A stretch of 64,000 nt of DNA from Camelus ferus (taxonomy: Eukaryota): the NCBI RefSeq assembly GCF_009834535.1, contig NC_045697.1:56670001-56734000 (forward strand), in the 5' to 3' direction. Positions 53,521 to 64,000 of this stretch are shown in pieces. A program made the translations under genes and the position numbers. Under the pieces are notes generated by a model. That model made no database searches. It was not told where the DNA came from and saw nothing but the letters and a program-made list of their open reading frames with translations. How positions within the stretch are numbered: position 1 is the stretch's first letter; each line of letters opens with the position of its first letter.

Positions 53521-54184
53521 AAGGTAAAAACATACATTTCCCTTAAGTGTTTTTAAAATCTGAAAATAAGGAGAGAAGTATTTTCAAACTGATAATTTTT
53601 GAAATCACATTGCTTATTATGAAATTTAAGATGTTAACAAAATGACTCAGAATATTTTTGTTGTTGTTCATTGAAAGTGGGCATAGATTTAGAGTTTGAG
53701 ATACCTGCCATATGTTATTGGAAGAATAATTAGAATTTTCTCCTTGTCATAAAAGTTTCCACCTAAAAACTTTGTTTAGAAGCTACAGTGAAACAAAAAT
53801 TTTAGAAGCAAAAGGATAAATTGTGTAACAGTCTATGTTTGTAAAGAGTGAAATATTTTATTGGATAAATATATATACTCCACCATTGAAGGTATTCTAC
53901 CATATACTGATGATAAATTATAGATTTTTTTTCTATCCAAGTGGAGAAGAGAGGAGAAATTAACCTACACTTGATGTCATACAGGAAGAGGGTAGTATAC
54001 AGAACAGGCACTATTTGCTGATTTTATCCTCATTGTTCATAATTCAATCTTTCAAGACAAATAGTAGGAAGATATGCTGTAGAAAAGATACTAGTGTAAT
54101 AAATGTAAAGCCTTTCTAACATAGAGAAAATATTATTACAGGCCTGAAGACTTGAAACCAAAAGAAGACACTTCTTATATTTTT

Positions 54185-54340
54185 TCCATTAAATTTTATT
54201 GAGTACCTACTTAAAGCTAGATTTTATGTTTGGCATGTAAACAATGAAAGAAAAGCAAAATACAGACTCTACCATCCAAAAGTTTATCAAGTAGTTGGGT
54301 AGGGGGCAAGATGAATAAAAACTTACAATACACAGAAACA
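54185..54340 (-). mobile_element. L2 3' fragment
   Basis: 'ttttattgagtacctacttaaagctag...tttggcatg...aatgaaag'. Confidence 0.6.
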
Positions 54341-54415
54341 GTTTTACTTCTTTAAATGTATTTAAATGCAGCATAAATGATGAAAGGTATTTTTCATATG
54401 TACTCTCCAGTCAAA

Positions 54416-54499
54416 ACACACACCACATACACACATACATACACACACACACTCATTCCAAGTGTCATTGTGTATGTATGTATGTCTGTGTGTGTGTGT
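54416..54499. repeat. (CA/CATA)n tract followed by a (TG/TATG)n tract
   Basis: Directly visible. Confidence 0.9.
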
Positions 54500-55880
54500 A
54501 GGCTGGATCATAATGTGTATACAGTTACAACCTTGATAAAAAGGTATGTCGGGTTAGGATTTTACAGTAGCTATAGTTTTACTTCACCTTAGATTACAAA
54601 ACTTCCCTGCCCCTAATGAAAATTTAGATGACAGCTGAACTCTGGTAACCTTGTTGGCCCTGAGAGTTATATTTTATTTTCCTGCAAACCTAAACTTAGC
54701 GTACATATTATGAACTTACAAGATACAAAGATATTTAAGGCTATGAATAGAAGAATATATTAACAACAGGATTAAACTAATATGCATAATGAATTAGTTC
54801 CATGGTATTGAGTTTCAGAATAGACTTAAGTCAAAGAGTAGTGACAAATTTTGTAATATTACTATTGCAGTTTGCCTATTCTTTGATATATGAAGAATTC
54901 AAAATATTAATTCACATTAAATGTTGGATTTATATTTTTAGGTAATTTAGTTTATTTTTCATCAAATTTAAAAGTTACAAAAATTAATTTGCAAAATTTA
55001 ATGTAATAAATTCAGAAATTGGTACAAATTGTTGCAGTTGACTCTTATATAGGAATCTTCTTATAAATGACATTAGGTTCATCTGAGAGTGACTGATAAC
55101 CAACATAACTGTGAATTAATACAAATGTTTAATTTTTCTATTATATAAAATCCAAGAGGCTTTATTAAGGACCAATTACAAAATCAAAAAGAAGGAGATA
55201 CTTTTGTAAATTTAACTAGGCAAAAACTGGGGTAAATCTGTAGGATAGATTCTAACAGTGCCATACCAGAGAATGATGAACATAATTTTATAATAACTCA
55301 GACTAAAATTACAGGTCTACATGACATGCTGGATATTCTAGATACAATGTGCTAGCTGAAGCAGCTGAATACAACTTAAATCCTACCAGGACTGACACCA
55401 GATTAAGTTGAGATGCCAAAAAACCCTTGAGATAATGTAGAGTAGGGAATCCAAGGCCATAAAAAGTGGACAACGTTGAGTGGATTTCTCATATCATCTT
55501 CTCAATCATCCTCTAAATATCTTCCTAGGGGGGCCTGAAGACATTCCTTTCATCAAGGTATTAAGAAATACATTAGTAAAATGAGAGTAAGAATTTTTCA
55601 AAATAACTGTAATGGCCATTCTCTGTAGAGCAGGGATGAAGGCAGAAAATGCTGAAATGAAATGATGGTAGGGTAGATAGTAGCAGCACTAATTATTCAA
55701 GGGAAAATTTCATGGTTTTCTATAATAAGCAGAAATTTGGAGAAGTAACTGATAACATTAAATTGATTTATGAACAAATTGATTATAGGGGCTCCAGGAC
55801 CAGTAAAAAGAAAAAATGGAAGGCCTATTCTATTTGATCTGAACCAACAACTACAATAATAATTTAAATTCTAAGTCTGG

Positions 55881-56688
55881 AAAGAGTGGCATTGGCAAGA
55901 TGGCAGACTAAGATGCTCTAAATCCTCCTTCCCTCATGGAAACACTAAACAAACAACCAACTCTGGCTTTACTAGTTTATAAGACTTCTAGAAATTCATC
56001 AAGGATCTTCAGCAACCAAGGGAATGCCCCATGAAGAAAAAGCTTCCTTCAAAATGGTAGGAAATTTCGTGGTGTTTTCACTCACCCTTTCTGCACCTCC
56101 TCCCGAGAATGGTTTGCGGGAAGCAGTGGCCTATTCCCAGTACTCTTCCAAGCACCAGAGAGAGCAGCATGGATGGCATGTGCAATCGTATAACCTCCTT
56201 GGCTGTTGCCTGTGTGATTAGTCTCTGTGTCACCTAACTCAGTGTTCAGGTGGCCCAAAGTGACACAGTTCAAATCTCAGAATTAAGGAAACTGTGGTAA
56301 GCAGCTGGCATTGCAAGGGACATACAGACCTAGTGATGTTTGAAGTGAAAGAGTACTAATTTAAGACTATAACAGCTAAGGCCCTAAGAAAAAAACGTCA
56401 TTAAAAAAGTGGGTAAGGATATAGCTTAAGTGGTAGAGCGCATGCTCAGCACCCAAGAGGTCAGGGGTTCAATCCCCAGTACCTCCTCCAAGCAGAAATC
56501 AGTGAAGAAACCTAATTACCTCACCCTCATAAAACAAACAATACAAGCCAAAGACTCTTACGGACATTAAGGCACTTAAAAACAACAGTGTATATGAAGG
56601 AATCAGGCAAAAACAAAAGACAAAAAACATACAGAGGCCCAGGGAAGAGTCATGTCCAGAAATGCCTGAGAAGACCATAAGCCTTCAC
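55881..56688 (+). mobile_element. Old L1 5' UTR-like segment
   Basis: Begins 'gagtggcattggcaagatggcagactaagatgc', a typical L1 5' start (CAAGATGGC, YY1-type site). Confidence 0.65.
56411..56545 (+). mobile_element. tRNA-derived SINE, camelid Vic-1-like
   Basis: 'ggatatagcttaagtggtagagcgcatgctcagcacccaagaggtcaggggttcaatccccagtacctcctcc...cctaattacctc' with an A-rich tail. Confidence 0.9.
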
Positions 56689-56950
56689 TTATATGAGGTA
56701 CCTAGAGTAGTCAAATTCACAGAGACACAAAGTAGAATGGTGGCTACTAGGAGCTTAGGGGGAAGGAGTAATGACGAGTTATTGTTTAATGGGTATGCAG
56801 TTTGGGAAGATGAAAAAGTTCTGGAGATGGATGGTGATGATGGTGGCACAACAATGTGAAAGTACTTAATGCCACTGAACTATATACTTAACAGTGGATA
56901 GAAAAAATGGTAAACTTTATGTTATGTGTATTTTATCACAGTAAAAATAT
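56685..56950 (+). mobile_element. L1MB-like 3' UTR
   Basis: 'cacttatatgaggtacctagagtagtcaaattcacagagacacaaagtagaatggtgg...gatgaaaaagttctggagatggatggtgatgatgg...acttaatgccactgaact'. Confidence 0.9.
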
Positions 56951-57749
56951 CTAGCTCTGTTGAAAATAGGCATCACTTGAGTCATTGTAATAAGGTCACT
57001 GTGATCATACCTTTCCAAGATCTGGACTATTTGTAGACTCAGAGTTCCTGCAGTAAAGGGTGGTCTGTGTAACTTGAAAAAGAACTATATAATAAAATAA
57101 TTGGGGCCACAAATCTTGCTTCTATTCATCCCTGGAGAGTCATCTTTCAAGTAGCTCATAAGTTACTGCACACTACCTCCAATCTAAAACTATTGCTGGT
57201 ATTCAGAGTTAAGATCACCACTGTAATCCACTTGGTCAAAATGGAAACTCCTTGAGCTTAGGTGATAGGTGGGTTTTTACCCAACCCTGTAGTACAGTGG
57301 AACTAGTGGGTCCAGACCTATCTTGCTTTTATTTTCCCAGTTTCTTCATATATAGTCAGAATAATTACACTCAGCAAATGGGAGAATTTCTACTTTGTGC
57401 CTTTATTTGGAGTGAGGGTTTTTGTGGTAGGAATACTTATTGAAAAGCTTTGGAACTCACTGTTTTATAAAAATAGTAAGCCAAATGCAAACCTGCATCC
57501 CTTGTAATTTTGCAGAGATTATCGCCATCCTCAAAAATTTGAAAATACAGGGATGGATGGGGATTTCCATTGTACTCTTATCTTTGCAGTAAGACAGATG
57601 GGTCTTGGAAGAAAATAGTGGATTAGTGCACATTGTACCAGGTGGCATCTTCCACTGCAGCTGTTATTCCAGATGTGATATCTTTACTAGAGTAAATCAG
57701 TACAGCTCTTGGTACTTGTTATTCAGGTTTTATAATTGTTGATAAATTT

Positions 57750-58030
57750 TGTGTGATAGATCATTATAGTAGTGACCCCTAACAAATCTCTCTCTTCCTT
57801 TATTTAATCCCTTCATTCGTTAACTCTGGTCTTCACCATTGTGACTTGTTTAGGCCAATGGGATAGTAGAAAAAATGACTCAAGAGGCTTGACAAATTCT
57901 TGTACATTAGGGTTTGCCCTCTCTTGCTTGTTGCTTTTGAGAACTGGTCACAGTGCAAAGAAGCTTTGGCTAGTTTACTAGAGACATGTGGTCCAGACAA
58001 AGGCCAGCATCAATTTTCCATACATGGCCA
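57750..58030 (+). mobile_element. MaLR LTR fragment (older MLT1)
   Basis: 'tgtgacttgtttaggccaatgggatagtag...gaggcttgacaaattcttgtacattagggtttgccctctcttgc'. Confidence 0.75.
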
Positions 58031-61000
58031 TTAAGACTGAACAAAATTATATGAGATAATGATTTTCAGAAATTGAAAAAAATGGTAAAGCAAGGCTGTG
58101 ATCCTAGAAAGAATGAAAGAATGGATCAAAAAAGGTCAGCCCTATGATCTCATAACTTTCCAATTTTATGTGTGGTGCAAAGACCCCTCCTCAGACTACA
58201 AAGCAGGCACACAGTTTCCAAAGCAAAGTTGGTGAGAAGACAGAGATAAAGTTATTACATAATAAAGCAGTTAGAGTGGTAGGGCAGAGTACCAGAGAGA
58301 AAATGTTTATCAGGAAAAGAGATCAAGACATTTTCATAAGAGTTTCTTTGATTTGATTTTTTAATGAATTTTAATCTGTGCAAATGTAGGGTAAATTTCC
58401 ATGAAGCCAGCTGCAGAATAACTTTCAAGGAAAGAACACGAAGCCATATGCCTAACCATTCCCAGAGCTCACTCAGGGCTCAGAAAAGTAGCAGGCAGAA
58501 TAATTACTGAAGCTCACACAGGGCTGGGGATAGTTTATGTTTATACAAATGAGAGTAGAAAAACCAAATAATACATGGGCAGAAGTCTCTGAATTATACC
58601 AGCTTAGTAGTAAGATTTTATATATTACCTCTTGACTAAAAACTATTCTGGCCCTGTGCTAACAAAGTAGAAACACAGTTTTAGAAATAATTGAAATAAT
58701 ACGAGAAAACTCATCCAAACACAAGAGTAAAATCAAACATGCTTTAAAGGACTCTATCAAAATCCAACAACTGACAGTTAAAATCTGCAAAGTACAGCCT
58801 AAAACTGAGAAAATGATGACAACCAAGCAAGTAGCAGAGAAATCTATAACCGTGAAAAACACCATTCAGTTTAAATCAAAACAAAAATGACAAGAGATGA
58901 TGAGAAGACTGGGATATTATATGCTTAAAAGTTTCAAGAAGTTAGAGGAAACACATGACTGATGAAGAGAAAAATGGAAGATATGTAAAAGATAAAAATG
59001 CAATTTCTAGAGATTAAAAATAAAATATCTTAAATTACAACTATACTGGAATTAATAAAGACAGAGTAGAGACTAAGAAAAAAAATATCATAGAAATAAA
59101 AAAATTAGAAACTATCTAAAGTCAAATATAGAGAGACAAAAGATAGGGGGAAAAAAAACACCCCAAAACAGAGCAGCTGTGAACTGTGAAACAGTATTAT
59201 TCAGACTAGCCATGCATGAAACCAAAGTCTCAGAAGAAGATGATAATGAGGGAGAAAAAAATATATATTTGATCAGCAATTGATGTTGGGCAGCTGATGA
59301 ACTGGACAGCTGTATGTAAATCAATGAAGTTAGAATACTCCCTCACACCATACACAAAAACAAACTCAAGATGGCTTAAAGATTTAAACATAAGGTAAGA
59401 CACTATAAACCTCTTAGAAAACATAGACAAAACATTATCTGACATAAACCTTAGCAATGTTCTCCTAGGGCATTCTACCCAGGCAATAGAATTAAAAAAA
59501 AAATAAACAAGTGGGACCTAATTAAACTTACAAGCTTTTGCCCAGCAAAGGAAACCATAAGCAAAACAAAAAGACAACTTACCGAATGGGAGAAAATATT
59601 TGTGAAAGATGAGACTGATAAGGACTTAATTTCCAGAAAATATAAATAGTTCATACAACTTAATAACAAAAAACTAACAACACAATCCAAAATGGGCAGA
59701 AGACCTAAACAAGCAATTCTCCAATGAAGACATACAAATGGCCAATAGGCACATGAAAAAATGCTCAATATCACTAATTATCAGAAAAATGCAAATCAAA
59801 ACTACAGTGAGTTATCACCTCACACCAGTCAGAATGGCCATCATTCAAAAGCCCACAAATGATAAATGCTGGAGAGGGTGTGGAGAAAAGGGAACCCTCC
59901 TACTGTTGGTGGAAATGTAGTTTGGTGCAGCTATTATGGAAGACAGTATGGAGATTCCTCAAAAGACTAAAAATAGACTTACCATATGATCAAGCAATCC
60001 CACTTCTGGGTATATATCTGAAGGCAACTTTAATTCAAAAAGATACATATACCCTAATGTTCATAGCATATACAATATACAATAGCCAAAGCATGGAAAC
60101 CACCTAAATGTCCATCAACAGATGGCTGGTTAAAGAAATTGTGGTATATTTATACAATAAAATACTACTCAGCCATAAAAAATAGTAAAATAATATCATT
60201 TGCAGCAACATGGCTATATCTGGAGATCATCATTCTAAGTGAAGTAAGCCAGAAAGAGAAAGAAAAATACCATGTGACATCACTTACATGTGGAATCTGA
60301 AACAAACAAACAAACAAACTTATTTACAAAACAGAAATAGACTCACAGACATAGAAAACAAACTTATGGCTATCAGGGGTTGAAGAGGGTAGGAAGGGAT
60401 AAACGAGGAGTTCGAGATTTGCAGATACTAATATATATATAAAATAGATAAACAGCAAATTCATACTGTATAGCATAGGGAAATATATTAAGTATCTTGT
60501 AGTAACTTAACAGTGAAAAAGAATATGAAAACAAATCTATGTATGTTCATATATGACTGAAGCATTATACTGTACACTAGAAACTGACACAACATTGTAA
60601 ACTGACTATACTTCAATAAAAAAGTGAACAAAGTTAAACAGAAATATATATATTTGAAGAAATTATAACCAAATAATATTCAAATTTTATGAAAATTTAA
60701 AACCCACAGATCCAACAATCTCAACAAAAGCAAACAGAATAAATATAAAGAAAATCACATCAAAGTACATAAAAATCAAACCCTAAACACAAGATAAGGA
60801 GAAAATCTTAAAAGCAGCAAAAACTTATTAAGCATTAACTATTCAAGACAAGATCAAAGATAAGAATGACTGCACTATTTATATCAGAAATTATATAAGC
60901 CAGAGGAGAAAAGAAAGATATTTCTTTAATTTATTAAAGGAAAATAGTTAATCTAGGTTTCTCCAACCAGCAAAAAAACATTTTTCATTATTGAATGTGA

Positions 61001-61700
61001 AATAAGGATTTTTCAGATAAATGGCAGCTGAAAGAATTAATCATCAGTAAAATGACACTAAAAGAAATGTGAAAGGAAGTACTTCAGGCAGAAGAAAAAT
61101 GACACCATATGTTAATTTAAATCTCCATGAATGAATGAGGAGTGCTGATAATGGAAAATATGTGGATATATTTTTCCTAATTTTTTATGTTTTTTAAAAA
61201 ATAAATGAGCGATGTAAAAGCTATATATCATAAGGTTTATAATATATATGGATGTGATATATATGACAACAATAGCACAAAGGATGGTGGAGGGTATAAA
61301 AGTTTCCACTGTGAGACTCATTAAACATGAAGTGGTATAATATTATTTGAAAATAGACTTTGAAAAGTTTAGTATATTGCTAAACCAAGAATATCTCTAA
61401 AATTAAAAAAGATATGAATAATAAACTAAAGGTGAGCAGAAAATAAAATCATTACAAAAATCCAATAGGAGTCCAGAAAACCCCCACAAAAATAGGTGGG
61501 AATGACAGAAAGCAAATAGCAAGATAGTAGATTAAAATCTAAATTTATGGATTATTACATTAAGTATTAATTTTCTAAACTTCACAATTAAAGGCACAGA
61601 CTGTGAGATAAGATATAAACCAAGACACAACTATAGACTGTCTACAAGAAAACAGCTTAGAAATATAAAATACATAGATAAAAAGTAAAGAGTGAGTTTC
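58030..61700 (+). mobile_element. Ancient L1 5' region, ORF1 and inter-ORF remnants, interrupted by a young L1
   Basis: A-rich ORF1-like sequence ('caatttctagagattaaaaataaaatatct'; 'tttgaagaaattataacc...aacccacagatccaac...ggagaaaatcttaaaagcagc'). Confidence 0.75.
59273..60645 (+). mobile_element. Young lineage-type L1, 5'-truncated (~1.37 kb; ORF2 C-terminus and 3' UTR) with TSD
   Basis: ORFs 59738-59920 ([16 protein letters not shown]...[11 protein letters not shown]) and 59859-60107 are L1 ORF2. AATAAA at ~60615. TSD atatatatttga at 59261-59272 and 60646-60657. Confidence 0.95.
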
Positions 61701-62350
61701 AACTTCTAGTAAAGATAGAGTTATAGTAAATAGTTCTCCCTTTCCTCATAAAACAGGCAAAATGAAGGATGAAACAAATGAAATAATGGACCTCAAGAAA
61801 CTGGACAGCAGGAGAATTTTCCCTAAATGATGAGAAATAAAACAGTTAAGCTGTTAGATTGTCAGCTTAGTTCCTGGAGAATGTTTCTAAGTCATGATCC
61901 GGAGAAAGGCTACCAGGCAAAGATTATCAGATTTCTGACTTTAGGAGGTTGGGCTGGAATCGTGGGGATGACAAAATAGCAAGAGTTCACAGAGCAGAGT
62001 ATCAGAAAGGACAGAAGTTCAAGAAAGAGAACTCTAGAGAACTGTGGAGGGTGCCTTTTGAACATTTAGTTGACTACTGATCACCACATGTATGTGAGGA
62101 AACTATCCAAGGCTAGGAAAAAAACTATCTGACAGGAATACTGCTTCGAGCTGTTATAGGGTCAAAATTAGTGCCTCTTTCCAACAGCCCAGAGTAGAAA
62201 AACTCATAATTCAGGGAGTATCATTTAGGACACTAAGCTGGATCTTGCCTTAGTAATGGGAAAAATTAACTCTAAAGTAAATCTATCTCTGGGCCAACTT
62301 ACTAATGGTTAAGTAATACACTAAGATATCAAACTGTTTCTGAGTAACTC
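61700..62350 (+). mobile_element. Second old L1 5'-end-like fragment
   Basis: Parallels 58030-58660 ('agagcagagtatcagaaagg', 'agtagaaaaactcataattcaggg', 'cttagtaatggg'). Confidence 0.55.
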
Positions 62351-62369
62351 TCTATTTGCCGCAACACTG

Positions 62370-63545
62370 GTGTGGTTTTTCAGTTTAAAACCTTCCATTT
62401 GATTCTTTTGTGTATCTTTTATTTACTTGCTGAAACATTCTACTTTTTCACTTGTTTCAAGAGTGTTTTTAATTGTTTGTTGAAGTATTTTTATCCTGGC
62501 TGCTTTAAAATTTTTGTCAGGTAATTCTGTCATCTTTATTATCTGGATATTGACATTTATGAATTTTTAAAAATTCAGTTTGAGGTCTTCCTTGTTCTTA
62601 GTATGCTGAATTATTTTTTACTGAAAGCTGGATTTTTGTATTATGAGATTCTGGATCTTTAAAAAATGTTCATATTTTGCTACTTTTTTCTGATTCTGCT
62701 CTGGCAGGAGAAAGGTGATTCTACCTCACTACTACTAGGTAGAGATAAGTCTAGATTCCCTACTAGGTCTCTGCCTACACCTGCAGGGGTAAGGGGTCTT
62801 TTCCTTACTCCTAAGCAGAGATGGAAATATTGGCTTCTCATTCACTCTCCACTGACAATTCAGTGGGGAGGACCATTTTAATGCTGGGCTGTGGTGAAAG
62901 TCCTACCTTTTCACTAAGCCTCCTCTGACACCTCTTCAGTGTAAGGAGCGCACCTTGTTACTGCTGGGTGGAGGTGGAATTGTAGGCATGCTATATGTTC
63001 TTCACTGACATTGGGGGAGGGGAGTGTCTTATTATCTGCCAAAGGGGATAAATATCTCATCTCTTTACTTTGTCTTCTCTGACATCACTATAACAGGTGT
63101 TCCATTACAGCCTTGTGAGGCTGGAAGTCTAAGTTTCTGACTTGACCTTAGCTGGAGTGAGTAGGGATTGGACCAGTTTTGTCTGAAATAGAGGGTACAG
63201 TCTAAAAGATTTACATCTATTAGGCTGGTTCTGGTCCTTCACTAGAGAGCATCACCTTTTTTTGGTATTTATTTTTGTCCATGCCTATTACATTTCTAGA
63301 TAGCCAGCTTTGTCAGCTCCAAATCTAGGACACAATTATGAAACAAAAATGAAACCCAAGGTGCTCACAGATGTGTAATTTTTAAGGTCCAAAGGTCATT
63401 AACTGGTCTTCTTCACTCTATCTTTAATAGTCTTCTTCTGTTTATTTTATATATGATGTTCAGGGTTTTTAATTGTGCTGGGTGGAAGCAATAAGGAAAA
63501 GTGCATCTACTCTGTTTTCCCAGAAGCAGCAGTCTACATTTTCTT
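62370..63545 (-). mobile_element. Old L1 5'/ORF1 region, antisense
   Basis: T-rich antisense ORF1-like text ('ttgttgaagtatttttatcctggctgctttaaaatttttgtcaggtaattc'); ends 'catctactctgttttcccagaagc'. Confidence 0.6.
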
Positions 63546-63889
63546 TTTTGTGATAGATAATATAATATGAATCTACCAAAATATTTGATCACATGTCCTC
63601 CTCAGAGCTTGTTTCCTAATCTGCAGTAAATTTTAGAGTAGCTGCTTTATAATATTTAAAGTGCAGATCTGGTGAATCATACCTGTAGAGTGATTTAAAG
63701 CTGAGGGCAGAACAAGGAGTAGATATGGAATTCTCCCTAATGATGAAGTGATATATGCAATGAAACTATACATTTTGGCATTAAATCTGCTTGATCTATA
63801 GATTTTTACTGGCTTTAGGTTTAATCTACCAATTAGAATTAATTCAAAGAGGTGACTAAGAAATAGTTTGGGGCCTGAAAGCATTGTGG

Positions 63890-64000
63890 AAGAAAGGAGA
63901 CTAAGTAAACCTTGCTTGGATTGAAGTACTGCCTCCACTTGTTCTACCTCTGTGACTTTGAAATAATTATTAGACCTTTCAATTCCATTTCTTCATTTCT
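63890..64000 (+). mobile_element. MIR fragment at the window edge
   Basis: 'ctgcctccacttgttctacctctgtgactttgaaataattattagacctttc...tttcttcatt'. Confidence 0.6.

Larger units (their letters stand above)
55150..57740 (+). mobile_element. Decayed ERV-L internal region (gag, protease, start of RT), interrupted by an L1 and a SINE
   Basis: The gag part parallels 15500-16100. 57510-57725 gives RT N-terminal remnants (AEIIAILKNLK; KTDGSWKKIVD; AAVIPDVISLLE*ISTALGTCY). Confidence 0.85.

Noticed and set aside
56411..56485. tRNA-like sequence (also 45555-45627, minus strand)
   Set aside because: These are SINE heads with shared non-tRNA tails and degenerate stems, not tRNA genes.
1..64000. CRISPR arrays, operons or prokaryote-type systems; domesticated gag or transposase gene
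   Set aside because: The DNA is mammalian with no regularly spaced repeats, and all retroviral, LINE and transposon coding remnants are broken by stops and frameshifts.

Overview
AT-rich, CpG-depleted mammalian non-coding DNA, either a long intron or a gene desert. It is most likely from a camelid (alpaca, llama or camel), inferred from two tRNA-derived SINEs resembling camelid Vic-1 and several copies of a lineage-type L1 3' end. No intact protein-coding gene, structural RNA gene or CRISPR array is supported, and the ORF track is explained by chance ORFs and decayed L1/ERV-L fragments. Much of the window is layered transposable-element debris (L2, L3/CR1, MIR, old and young L1, MaLR/ERV-L, hAT DNA transposons) with several clear nested insertions. 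Repeat family names are recalled from consensus sequences, not from a search, and boundaries are approximate. I found no convincing novel biological system. The best leads in apparently unique DNA are an ~80-nt pre-miRNA-like hairpin (5813-5893) and a frame-preserving 75-nt candidate cassette exon (33996-34070). There is also a splice-signal cluster (39.3-39.5 kb) and some atypical L1 insertion structures.
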